Shown: positions 35,908-45,085 of the stretch, piece by piece | Numbering within the stretch: position 1 is the stretch's first letter | Layout of the letters: the number at the start of each line of letters is the position of its first letter | Assembly: GCA_949299565.1 (NCBI GenBank) | Contig: OX437086.1 | Span: 949,644 to 1,013,643, forward strand | From: an uncultured Bacillota bacterium | GTDB lineage: Bacteria > Bacillota_I > Bacilli_A > RFN20 > CAG-826 | Length of the DNA stretch: 64,000 nucleotides | Direction: 5' to 3' | Notes under the pieces: model-generated | Database searches by the model: none | Seen by the model: the letters and a program-made list of their open reading frames with translations, nothing else | What the model was told of the DNA's origin: nothing | Program-made: the position numbers and the translations under genes

Positions 35908-38529
35908 ATGAAGAAAAAGTCGTTATTGATTTTGCCGTTGCTCGTCACAATTTTGGCTGCTTGCAATGGATATCAAGATTCCAGCACCTCGGCATCAAGT
36001 TCTAATCAAACTAGTTCAAGTGAAGTAGAACCCTCCTCTGTAGAATCTTCTAGCGATACCTCTAGTTCTAGCGGAACAAGCAGCACCTCTTCTGCCCCTC
36101 AAACAATTTTTCAAAAGGATGGTTTTACATTTAATCTAAACGAGGAAACTGATCAACTTGTTTTAGTGGCGTATGAATCGTCTGGGGAAGTCGAACTTAC
36201 AATTCCAAGTGAGGTTGATGGACACCTTGTAACTGAAATAAGCCAGTCGTTTGCTATGCAAGTGAACACAACAGTTAATAAACTTACAATCCCTGATACT
36301 ATTAATAAGATTGGGCTTGGCGCTCTTAAATCTTTCACAAGCATTCAAGAACTTATCACACCGCTTATTGCGGCTGACAATAATGATACATCCAGCGCTT
36401 TCGGCTACCTTTTTGGAAACGCAAGTTACATTCTGCAACAAAACTACATCCCTGCTAGCTTGAAGAAACTAACCGTCACCCAAGGTGTCATCAATGAATA
36501 CGCGTTTTATAGTTTAGATCTAATTGAAGAATTTTCATTTGGCGGGACTTCCATAGGCAATAACGCTTTCAATGGTTCTAGGAGTTTGAAAAAAGTTGAG
36601 TTCATTGGAAATAGTCTCACCTCTATTGGCGATTACGCCTTTTATAATTGTCAAAAATTAACAGATTTTGCTCTTCCTGATACTCTCGAAAATTTAGGCA
36701 AATATGCTCTAGACGGCATTAATATCGAAACTTTAAATATCCCGGCAAGTCTCAATACATTTACATTTACAAATTCAATATCGACACTAAAAGAAATCAC
36801 TGTCAGTGAGGGAAACACTTCTTTCAAAGCCGTCGATGGAATTTTGTTCTCCTATGATTTAGGAACTATCGTTTGCTATCCGGCTGCAAAAGACGGAACA
36901 ACGTATTCTGTTCCGGACAATGTTACAAAAATCGGCGATAGAGCCTTTATGCGTGCTGAGAACCTAGAAACTATTGCTTTGGGAAACGTTAAAACAATTG
37001 GAAGCGAGGGATTTCGCTATTCTTCACTCGTAAGTGTGACATTGCCATCAAGCATTGAGGAAATTGGCAAAACCGCTTTCAGCGCTTGCGGATCTTTAGA
37101 ATCTTTCACTTTCCCTGACCAAGTATCTGTTAACGAAGTCTTAATCAATGAATTCTTGCTTTCAAGTTGCCCGAAGCTCACTAGCATTACGTTTCCAAAT
37201 TACATCAAGAACATTCCGAATTATTGCGTGAGTAACTGCGAAAAATTAGCAGAAATTGTCATTGAAGGTGAAATCGTTTCAATCGGACAGAACGCTTTTA
37301 GTAGCACTGCTATAACATCGCTTGAAATCACCTTTGCAGATAATGCGACGATTGGCGAGCGTATCTTCGTTAATTGCCCAAATTTTCAAGAATTTGTTGT
37401 CCATTTTGTAGATAACATCACAACATATCCAACCTTAGAGGGCCAAAAATTCGGCGAAGCTATTCCCATTATTAAAGTTGATGATCAAGCTACGCTAGAT
37501 GCCTTAAAAGCGGCTTGGCCTGAATATAGCAGTTATATAGTTTTATCGGATACTCAAAGCGATATTTTCCTCATTGAAGACGGAGTTCTTCTAGACTTTC
37601 TTGGCGGTCCTGAGGACACTGAAATTGTTATTCCTGATACCGTGGTAGAAATTGCTGACCATTTTTTAGAGAATAATCAAACAGTAAAACACGTAACTAT
37701 ACCAGAGACTGTTACTGAAATTGGTTATCGCGCTTTCAGCGGCTGCGATGCTCTCTTAAGTGTCACATTCGAAGATGAAACTTTAGCTAATCTAACGCTT
37801 AAAACCAGCAAGGGCGAGGCCGGAACTGTGACTGATGTCTTCAATAGTAGTGTTCCTGTATACATTTTCAAAAGCAGCACTTCTATAACAAACTTCCTTA
37901 CTCTTTGCACCAATAACAGACAGAAGAAACTCTGCTATCTTGAAGATGAGGTTACACGTGAGGAAGATGAAATCGTTTCAATAAATGGAGACGCTCTTAT
38001 CCGTGCAAGTGGAAAGGAAAACTATTCGTTCAAAGATGGCATCACAATTGTTGGTCCGTACGCTTTTTATAATTCATCAGTCAGCAATGTTGATTTCAGT
38101 CAAATCAGTCGCATCGAAGAGTATGCCTTCAATGGAAGCGCAATCACAGAAGCGATTTTGCCAGAAAGTGTAACTTACGTTGGCGATAGTGCATTCCAAA
38201 GCTGTGAAGAATTAACCACCGTTGAAATTCTTGGACCCGCTGTAATCAAAAGCACAGCTTTTGCTGATGGTGGTAATATCTCCTCCTTAAATTTAGGAGA
38301 ACAAATCGTCAGCATTGAAAGCGGAGCATTCACAAACGCAACAGACGGATCGATTGAATACGTAGTTCTTCCATCAAGCTTAGTCAATGTTGCCGAGGGA
38401 GCCTTTGAAGATTCTTCAATTCCTGAATGTCGCTGTAAATTTAGTCAGCAATACGCAGAAGACACTTTCAGCGATGGCAGCTATTTCGCTGATATGTTTG
38501 ACAACGTCATTTGGGATTATACTGAATAA
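35908..38529 (+). CDS. BspA-like leucine-rich-repeat lipoprotein
   Basis: Lipobox LAAC, Ser-rich linker and many IG..AF..C..L repeats. Confidence 0.88.
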   Translation: MKKKSLLILPLLVTILAACNGYQDSSTSASSSNQTSSSEVEPSSVESSSDTSSSSGTSSTSSAPQTIFQKDGFTFNLNEETDQLVLVAYESSGEVELTIPSEVDGHLVTEISQSFAMQVNTTVNKLTIPDTINKIGLGALKSFTSIQELITPLIAADNNDTSSAFGYLFGNASYILQQNYIPASLKKLTVTQGVINEYAFYSLDLIEEFSFGGTSIGNNAFNGSRSLKKVEFIGNSLTSIGDYAFYNCQKLTDFALPDTLENLGKYALDGINIETLNIPASLNTFTFTNSISTLKEITVSEGNTSFKAVDGILFSYDLGTIVCYPAAKDGTTYSVPDNVTKIGDRAFMRAENLETIALGNVKTIGSEGFRYSSLVSVTLPSSIEEIGKTAFSACGSLESFTFPDQVSVNEVLINEFLLSSCPKLTSITFPNYIKNIPNYCVSNCEKLAEIVIEGEIVSIGQNAFSSTAITSLEITFADNATIGERIFVNCPNFQEFVVHFVDNITTYPTLEGQKFGEAIPIIKVDDQATLDALKAAWPEYSSYIVLSDTQSDIFLIEDGVLLDFLGGPEDTEIVIPDTVVEIADHFLENNQTVKHVTIPETVTEIGYRAFSGCDALLSVTFEDETLANLTLKTSKGEAGTVTDVFNSSVPVYIFKSSTSITNFLTLCTNNRQKKLCYLEDEVTREEDEIVSINGDALIRASGKENYSFKDGITIVGPYAFYNSSVSNVDFSQISRIEEYAFNGSAITEAILPESVTYVGDSAFQSCEELTTVEILGPAVIKSTAFADGGNISSLNLGEQIVSIESGAFTNATDGSIEYVVLPSSLVNVAEGAFEDSSIPECRCKFSQQYAEDTFSDGSYFADMFDNVIWDYTE

Positions 38530-38568
38530 CGAAATTGAGTTCGTACTGTAATTTTCTCAACATCAACA

Positions 38569-38600
38569 AAGAGCCTCTAAAAATGAGGCTCTTTTAATTT
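38569..38600 (+). terminator. Terminator after the BspA-like gene
   Basis: AAGAGCCTC-taaaaat-GAGGCTCTT followed by a T-tail. Confidence 0.75.
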
Positions 38601-38615
38601 GATATCAAAATAAAA

Positions 38616-38632
38616 TGCCGATTTTATCGGCA
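38616..38632 (-). terminator. tRNA terminator, TGCCGAT/ATCGGCA stem (copy 3)
   Basis: Same stem as copies 1 and 2, 12 nt after the CCA of tRNA-Arg(CCG). Confidence 0.75.
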
Positions 38633-38644
38633 CTTTTATTAATT

Positions 38645-38721
38645 TGGCGCGCCCGAGGCGATTCGAACGCCTGACCTCAAGCTTCGGAGGCTTGCACTCT
38701 ATCCATCTGAGCTACGAGCGC
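38645..38721 (-). tRNA. tRNA-Arg(CCG)
   Basis: GCGCTCGTAGCTCAGATGGATAGAGTGCAAGC-CTCCGAA-GCTTG...GCCA. Confidence 0.93.
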
Positions 38722-38730
38722 CTAATAATT

Positions 38731-38814
38731 TGGTGCACTGGATGAGAGTTGAACTCATACTGGTCGCCCAACTAGCTCCTGAAACTAGCGCGTCTACCAT
38801 TCCGCCACCAGTGC
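38731..38814 (-). tRNA. tRNA-Leu(CAG)
   Basis: 84-nt class II tRNA; CTAGT-TTCAGGA-GCTAG. Confidence 0.93.
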
Positions 38815-38832
38815 TCGGCGATAAATATACCG

Positions 38833-39771
38833 CTAGTTGTCTAAAAAGTCGAATAAAGACTTCATGACATTCTCATCTAAGGCAGTTGCGCGGACAATGT
38901 CCATCTTGAGTTCTATTGGGGCATAGGGAGTGATTAGGCCTTTCTTCATCAATTCAGCTTGATAGTTATTCGCATCTTCACTGCGCCATGGCTGGTGACC
39001 GCGTCCAGGAACAATCAAGTATTTAATGCTGGCGTTCGGCAAATGATGCTTTAAATCCAAATATCCCGCTTGAGGAAGAACCATCGGGTCCTTATCGCCT
39101 TGGACATAAAGAATTTTCGCCGAACTCTTCTTCAAAGAAGAATAAACCGCCACATCAGCGTCATAACCGCCTAAACTTTTTAAAACAAGAGACATCAAAA
39201 AACGAATTTTTTTATATCGCCCATGATTAACGTAATAGGCAAATTCACGAGAAGGAGAAGTAAAACCTGCTAACGAAATGATTTTACGCACCGACGGATA
39301 AGAAGAAGTCAATAATGCACCATAACCACCCCAACTATGACCGACAACATAAAGAGGAAGAGTTTTAAACTCGTTATTCATCTCAAACCACGCAAAAAAG
39401 GCTTTAATATCGCGATTTGTATGTCCCAAGCCATAAAAATAACGACCCTCTGATTCTCCGCATCCCGTGTTGTCATAAGCATAAACCACGTAACCTCGCC
39501 GAGCAAAAGAAGCAATTTCTTTTATATAGGCGCTGCGGCCAGCTCCCGCGCCGTGTAAAAAGAGGATTACGCCTTTTTTCTCCACGTTTTGATAAAAATA
39601 GAAACTACCGGAAAGAAGCCATTTGCCGGATTGAAAGGAAAAGTTTTGATAACTTAAGTCGAAATCCTCTGGCTGATAATAAGGAAGCGCCGGAGACGGA
39701 TCGTTACGGCAAAACGTCGCTTTTTTAAATCCATGACGAAAAAGAAAGAAAAGTGTCAAACACATAGTCAT
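38833..39771 (-). CDS. Alpha/beta hydrolase (esterase-like)
   Basis: LHG, GHSWGG, GDKDPMV and GRGH catalytic-triad motifs. Confidence 0.85.
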   Translation of the reverse strand: MTMCLTLFFLFRHGFKKATFCRNDPSPALPYYQPEDFDLSYQNFSFQSGKWLLSGSFYFYQNVEKKGVILFLHGAGAGRSAYIKEIASFARRGYVVYAYDNTGCGESEGRYFYGLGHTNRDIKAFFAWFEMNNEFKTLPLYVVGHSWGGYGALLTSSYPSVRKIISLAGFTSPSREFAYYVNHGRYKKIRFLMSLVLKSLGGYDADVAVYSSLKKSSAKILYVQGDKDPMVLPQAGYLDLKHHLPNASIKYLIVPGRGHQPWRSEDANNYQAELMKKGLITPYAPIELKMDIVRATALDENVMKSLFDFLDN

Positions 39772-42122
39772 TAATTCCTCTTAATTAAAAGTTTCAAAGC
39801 TTTGAAAAATTCATGATTTGAAAACGCGACAATAAACGGAGCCCATTTGGGATTGATGCCTCCGGCCCCCATCATTCGAATCGGCATATCTAAAACCATT
39901 TTTAATTGTCGCGGGTTCTTTTCAAACATCTTCAATAATTTTTTGTAGCAAATATTCCCAATGAACGTCCCAATAAAATCGCGGAAAGGCGAGTCGATTG
40001 TGAACGGACGCCCTTTATGTTTTATCTCCTCTAAATGCGCGTTTTTTTCAATGAGACTTAAAAATTCTTCATCAGAACATTCAAAGTTATTGTCGTTTAA
40101 GACCTTTAAAAAATGTTTAGAGAGAGAATTTTCTTTCACTATTTCCCCGTCGAGTTCAACTTCAAGTTTGATCGGTAAATCGATTGATGAAAAACCCAAA
40201 TAAAGTTCGTGAAGCCCTTTTTCTATCACAAATTTCTTTTGCTCGGAGTCATAAAAAGAAAATCTCTCGCTTGGAATTAAAACGCTTATTTCTCGTTCCT
40301 CATGAGAATCAAGTTCGACTTTTAAAAAGAAAATCAATTCGCAGAGTGGCGAAACGCGAGACAAACTCTTTGGCCCGCAATAGATTTGCACAACCGCCAT
40401 TCCGGCTCGTTCTCCGGTGTTTTCAAGAGAGAACTTCAATTTGATATTTTCGCCGTCAAGAGAAGAGGAAGGATTTTTAATTGCAAAGGTTGTATAAGAA
40501 AGGCCGTGTCCGAAGGGATAAAGAACGGGACGTGAGACGCTCGTATAATAACGATAGCCAACAAAAAGCCCCTCCTTATACGAGACAACCCGTTGATCTT
40601 TAGCAAACGAAGAAAAAGACGGCACGTCCTCTAATGCCAAAGGCCAAGTTTCCGATAAATGTCCTGACGGATTGAGCTGACCAAGCAAAATATCGTTTAA
40701 AGCCTCAGCCGTCGCCTCGCCTGAAAAATATGTTAAAAGAACCGCTTCAGCCTTTTCTGCAGGAATAACAAGCGGACCCCCGCTCATCACAACCAAAATA
40801 ATATGAGGATTCAAAGCATATAAAGCCCCTAATAAATCCAATTGGTTCTTTGGCAAATCGATATTTTGTCGATCGTATCCCTCTGAAAATTCTGACTCGG
40901 GAAGCCCGATAAAATAAACAATATGAGCAGCAGAAGCCGCAAGGTCTAAAGCATCCTTAAAAAGTTCCTTGTCTTCCTTATCATCAAGGCGATAGCCGGG
41001 CGCGTAGTTACAAACGCCATTCGAAGAAGTAACAAGTTCTTTGAAGGAAGTTTTGTTTTTCGGGACAACGTGCGAGGAACCATTGCCTTCAATCGGAAAT
41101 TCCTCCATTATTGCTCCGATAAAAACCGTCTTTTCGTAATTAGAAAGTGGCAAAACGTTTTCCTCGTTTTTAGCCAAAACAATGCTTTCGGCAGCGGCTT
41201 TTTTAGCAATTTGATGAGATGCAAGGAAAGAAAAGTCTTTTTTATTTTTGGAACCGCTTTTTGCCTTCTCGCTCATTTTGGTGAGACGATCAGATGACTC
41301 GACGACTTGTTCCATTTTTAAGTCACCACGTTTTAAAGCTCTAAAAAGAGAATGCGTGCGGTCCGCACTCCCGGGCATTTCAAGATCCAAACCAGCTGCA
41401 TGAGCCTTCACGCAGTCAGAGACTGCTCCCCAATCAGACATCACGACCCCTTCATATTTAAGTTCGCCGCGCAATATGGTTTTTAAAATATAGGGGTTTT
41501 CTGAGACGTAAATGCCATCATAAGCATTGTAGGAGCACATTATGGCCCAGGGGTTGGCGTTTTTAATCACCATCTCAAATGGACGTAAATAAAGTTCATG
41601 AAAAGCGCGTTCATCAACCTCTGAACTAGAGGAAACTCGATATGTTTCTTGATTATTCAATAAATAATGCTTGACGCAAGCACCAACGCCTTCTTCTTGC
41701 AACGAAGAAACAAAAGAAGAGGCAAGAACCCCTGTTAAAAGCGGATCTTCACTCCAATATTCAAAATTTCGACCGCCTCGCGGATCACGCTTAATGTTAA
41801 TTCCGGGCCCCAGAATTAAATTCGTATTAAACGCCTGCATCTCTTGCCCGAATATATGGCCTAATTCGCTTATCAATTGAGGATTCCAAGTGTTTGCTAG
41901 AGCAGAAGAAGTCGGATAGCATGTCGCGGGAACAGATGTCGGATCGGGATTCGAATCATCAAGAGTTATGCGTAGTCCCGTTGGCCCGTCGTGCATGATT
42001 ACGCATTCTAAATCGCAGGACGGAAAAGCGTACGTCCCCCAAGGACCATTTCCTGTCAATGAACGGAGACGTTCAGCAAGAATGACATCGTCAACACGGT
42101 CTTCTAATTTAATTTTTTTCAT
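39771..42122 (-). CDS. GH3 beta-glucosidase
   Basis: DGPTGLR, GRNFEYWSEDP, KHY, MSDWG and YPFGHGLSYT motifs. Confidence 0.93.
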   Translation of the reverse strand: MKKIKLEDRVDDVILAERLRSLTGNGPWGTYAFPSCDLECVIMHDGPTGLRITLDDSNPDPTSVPATCYPTSSALANTWNPQLISELGHIFGQEMQAFNTNLILGPGINIKRDPRGGRNFEYWSEDPLLTGVLASSFVSSLQEEGVGACVKHYLLNNQETYRVSSSSEVDERAFHELYLRPFEMVIKNANPWAIMCSYNAYDGIYVSENPYILKTILRGELKYEGVVMSDWGAVSDCVKAHAAGLDLEMPGSADRTHSLFRALKRGDLKMEQVVESSDRLTKMSEKAKSGSKNKKDFSFLASHQIAKKAAAESIVLAKNEENVLPLSNYEKTVFIGAIMEEFPIEGNGSSHVVPKNKTSFKELVTSSNGVCNYAPGYRLDDKEDKELFKDALDLAASAAHIVYFIGLPESEFSEGYDRQNIDLPKNQLDLLGALYALNPHIILVVMSGGPLVIPAEKAEAVLLTYFSGEATAEALNDILLGQLNPSGHLSETWPLALEDVPSFSSFAKDQRVVSYKEGLFVGYRYYTSVSRPVLYPFGHGLSYTTFAIKNPSSSLDGENIKLKFSLENTGERAGMAVVQIYCGPKSLSRVSPLCELIFFLKVELDSHEEREISVLIPSERFSFYDSEQKKFVIEKGLHELYLGFSSIDLPIKLEVELDGEIVKENSLSKHFLKVLNDNNFECSDEEFLSLIEKNAHLEEIKHKGRPFTIDSPFRDFIGTFIGNICYKKLLKMFEKNPRQLKMVLDMPIRMMGAGGINPKWAPFIVAFSNHEFFKALKLLIKRN

Positions 42123-42163
42123 ACTAGTTTGATTTTATCAGCCTTCTAAACAAGAAACCATCA

Positions 42164-44485
42164 CTAGCAAAAAGGCATCCATAAATTATCAAAAACCCTC
42201 GCAATCGAGAAAAAATCACCGCCGTTCAAGCCGTCAAAATTATTAAAGGCCAGAGAAAAAGACAAGACTAACGTTGGAACAAGCAAAAGGAAAGAGACGC
42301 TATTGGCCAGTGAAAGACCATTATTCAGTTTCTTGACCCGTGTTTCATAAAGCAACGACCAACTCCCTAATGAAATTAGAGCGCTCATTGGCCATAAAGC
42401 TAGTTGATAACGATAGCAAACACCAGCTAGAGAATACGTGCTCCCGGCCACAAACAAAAGAGCCAAAATCCCTAAGAACAATCCCGAACAAACATATTTT
42501 TTCTTCTTCGAAATAGCAAAAAAGAAAGCGAAAAGACCATAAAAATAAGGATTCATGAAAATGCCGATAACGCCGACGTTATATGGATGCGTTTCGTTAG
42601 CGAGATTCAAAATGTTTAATTCAAAGAACGGCCACTGGTTAGACACTCGATATGGCGTTAGAAAGTAATGACAGACGCCATCGAAGAACCCTTGAAGAGA
42701 ATAACCATATTCCCGCGCATCAACGATCGTCAATTGATAAGAACTGCCAAATTCCAAAACATTATCAAAGCGCGCGTAATTATAAAAACCAAGAAGAGAA
42801 ACGCCCGCCCCTAAAAGCACGAAAGGCGGAAACAATGTCAAAAACTTTTGTGCAAGGGTCTTTTCTTTCGAACGAAAATAAAAAACAAGAAAAGGCAATA
42901 AAAGAATTGCAAAAATCGCTAAATCTGGTCGAGAAGATAAAACAATCAAAAGAGCGAAAGCAGTTAAAGTCAAAAAGAAAGTTTGCTGACGCGTTTTCTT
43001 AAAAGACAGAAAGACGAAAACCAACATCCAAACCAAACCCATAAGCCCGTAAGTGAAAGGCAGACGATATTTCCAATCCGTCCAACGTTCGGCCAAAAAG
43101 GAAAGAGGCAACGAAGAAAAATAAGCAGCAACCATAAGGAAAATGAAAAGTTTTAATGGCATTGAAGGAGAGATTTTTTCAACAAGAAGCGACCCTAAAT
43201 AGAAAAAACCAACGCTATAAACAATCAAAGAAAAAGCCATCATGAAAACGCCGTTCGGAACTTGGCCTGTCAAAAAATAAACCGGAAACATCGTGATGAA
43301 TAAAGGAGCGGGACCGTAATAGCAATAATATTTTCCGTTATAGAAAGCCGTATCCCACAAATATTCAACGCCCAATAAATTCGTTGGATTATAGGGATTG
43401 CTCACCATAAGCAATTCATCTGAGGGAACATTTAACAAAGAAAATTGTCCATGCAAAAAAGCATCGAACAAGTTGTAATAAAGAAATGGGTTTCCCTCAA
43501 GAAATTCCTCATCAAAAGGATATGAAGTGAGATATCTAGTTGGGTAAAGAATCACAAGCACAAGGAAACAACAAAAAGCCAAACCTCCAGTTTTTAAAAC
43601 ATAAGAACGAAAGTGGGAGTGAACGCATGATGTCGTCTTCGGACTCTGGAAATTAAAAATCAAATTCAAAAGCGTCAAAGACGTAATAGATAGAAGCGAG
43701 AATCGCAAAGAAGAGAAAGTCGGCACCAAAGGAGGATCGATTGTAATCCCGTCCAACAATAGAACTGAGTTTTGTCCAACTCGACCACGAAGATAATTAA
43801 TTTCTAAACGCAAATTTAGACTATCTTCTGGAACATCAATACGCATGCTTGCAAGATAAAGCGGATTGAAACTGCCGTTTGAATAAGGAATGAAAGGCTC
43901 TTCGCTTGTTCCTCTTTGAACGCTTAAAAGATATTCAAATTCCTGATTGCTAGATGGAAGTTGCAGAGAAAATGATGAAATGCCGTCAGATGGAAAAGTT
44001 AAAATCGTCCCGTTTTCAATCGAAATTCTATCGCCCTCATAAGTTGTAGAAATTATTTGACTATATTCTAACGTCGATGAATGATCATCCGCGCCTATCG
44101 CTTGAGCATTGAAAGCGAAAGCCTCTAAGAAAAGAAAAAGAAATAAAGAAGAAAGTGAGAAAGCAAACTTAAGTTTCTCTTTGACTTGCAACGAAGAACT
44201 TAAAATTTTTAAAAAGAACTTTCCTGGTTCTAAAAAAGCGATAAAGAGATTAAAAAAGAAAAAGAGAAGCGCGAAATTCCAAAGTTGAAAACTAGGAAAA
44301 AGAAAATAAAAAAGGAGTCCAAAAATTAAATTCGAAAGAAGAAGGAACGAGAAGCTTAAAGATTTAGATAAAACAAGGAGTTCATAATTTATCTTCTCTT
44401 TTTTGCGAACAATACGGATAAAAGAAAAAGCGAAAGAAAGAAAGAAAAGAACGAAAGGATATAAAAATAGGAAAAGCCAGATCAT
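42164..44485 (-). CDS. Large polytopic membrane protein, putative GT-C glycosyltransferase
   Basis: Many TM segments; WDTAFYNGKYYCYYGP, SRP and YNYARF..EFG..YQLT motifs. Start 44485 overlaps the ogt stop (ATGA); 44518 is an alternative start. Confidence 0.65.
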   Translation of the reverse strand: MIWLFLFLYPFVLFFLSFAFSFIRIVRKKEKINYELLVLSKSLSFSFLLLSNLIFGLLFYFLFPSFQLWNFALLFFFFNLFIAFLEPGKFFLKILSSSLQVKEKLKFAFSLSSLFLFLFLEAFAFNAQAIGADDHSSTLEYSQIISTTYEGDRISIENGTILTFPSDGISSFSLQLPSSNQEFEYLLSVQRGTSEEPFIPYSNGSFNPLYLASMRIDVPEDSLNLRLEINYLRGRVGQNSVLLLDGITIDPPLVPTFSSLRFSLLSITSLTLLNLIFNFQSPKTTSCVHSHFRSYVLKTGGLAFCCFLVLVILYPTRYLTSYPFDEEFLEGNPFLYYNLFDAFLHGQFSLLNVPSDELLMVSNPYNPTNLLGVEYLWDTAFYNGKYYCYYGPAPLFITMFPVYFLTGQVPNGVFMMAFSLIVYSVGFFYLGSLLVEKISPSMPLKLFIFLMVAAYFSSLPLSFLAERWTDWKYRLPFTYGLMGLVWMLVFVFLSFKKTRQQTFFLTLTAFALLIVLSSRPDLAIFAILLLPFLVFYFRSKEKTLAQKFLTLFPPFVLLGAGVSLLGFYNYARFDNVLEFGSSYQLTIVDAREYGYSLQGFFDGVCHYFLTPYRVSNQWPFFELNILNLANETHPYNVGVIGIFMNPYFYGLFAFFFAISKKKKYVCSGLFLGILALLFVAGSTYSLAGVCYRYQLALWPMSALISLGSWSLLYETRVKKLNNGLSLANSVSFLLLVPTLVLSFSLAFNNFDGLNGGDFFSIARVFDNLWMPFC

Positions 44486-44931
44486 ATTTTTTCTCGTGCT
44501 TCTAAAGACAAGAGCCATTCCTTTTTCTTCGTTCCTAGAAGAAAGCCGCCTAATCCGTTTTGTGAAACAACTCGGTGGCAAGGAACGACTAACAATAGCT
44601 TATTGCGTTTCAATGCTTGTCCGATCGCTCTATAGGCTTGACTGCCGATTGCTTTGGCAATCTCTCTATAAGTTTTTGTTTCGCCATAAGGAATCTTAGC
44701 AGTCTCCAAATAAACTTTTTCGGCAAATTCACTGGCCTGAATCTTGAAAGGAAAACTAAAACTTTTTCGTTTTCCAGCAAAATATTCTTTAAGTTCTTCA
44801 ATAACACTCAAGAGAAAAGAAGAAGTCGTCATAGTTATTTCTTCATCAACCACTTCTAGTTCCAAAAGAACATCGTTCTCCGAAACTAATTTCAAGTTTC
44901 CTAAAGGAGAAGCGATAATTGCGATAGCCAT
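44482..44931 (-). CDS. ogt: Methylated-DNA--protein-cysteine methyltransferase
   Basis: IPYGET.TY, RAIG and PCHRV active site. Confidence 0.92.
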   Translation of the reverse strand: MAIAIIASPLGNLKLVSENDVLLELEVVDEEITMTTSSFLLSVIEELKEYFAGKRKSFSFPFKIQASEFAEKVYLETAKIPYGETKTYREIAKAIGSQAYRAIGQALKRNKLLLVVPCHRVVSQNGLGGFLLGTKKKEWLLSLEAREKI

Positions 44932-44980
44932 AGCGTGATTATACAAAAAAAGACGAGCGATGTCGTCTTTACTTTTTGTT

Positions 44981-45056
44981 TGGTGGAGCGTAAGAGGATC
45001 GAACTCTCGACCTCCTCCATGCCATGGAGGCGCTCTCCCAGCTGAGCTAACGCCCC
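44981..45056 (-). tRNA. tRNA-Ala(GGC)
   Basis: GGGGCGT with G3:U70; CCTCC-ATGGCAT-GGAGG; followed by an AGACGA/TCGTCT terminator. Confidence 0.93.
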
Positions 45057-45085
45057 AAACCAGCCTTTTTAAGGCGGATATAAGC

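Noticed and set aside
35908-38529. Repeats in the BspA-like gene as a CRISPR array or DNA tandem repeat
   Set aside because: Repetition is only at the protein LRR level; no identical spaced DNA repeats were seen anywhere in the window.
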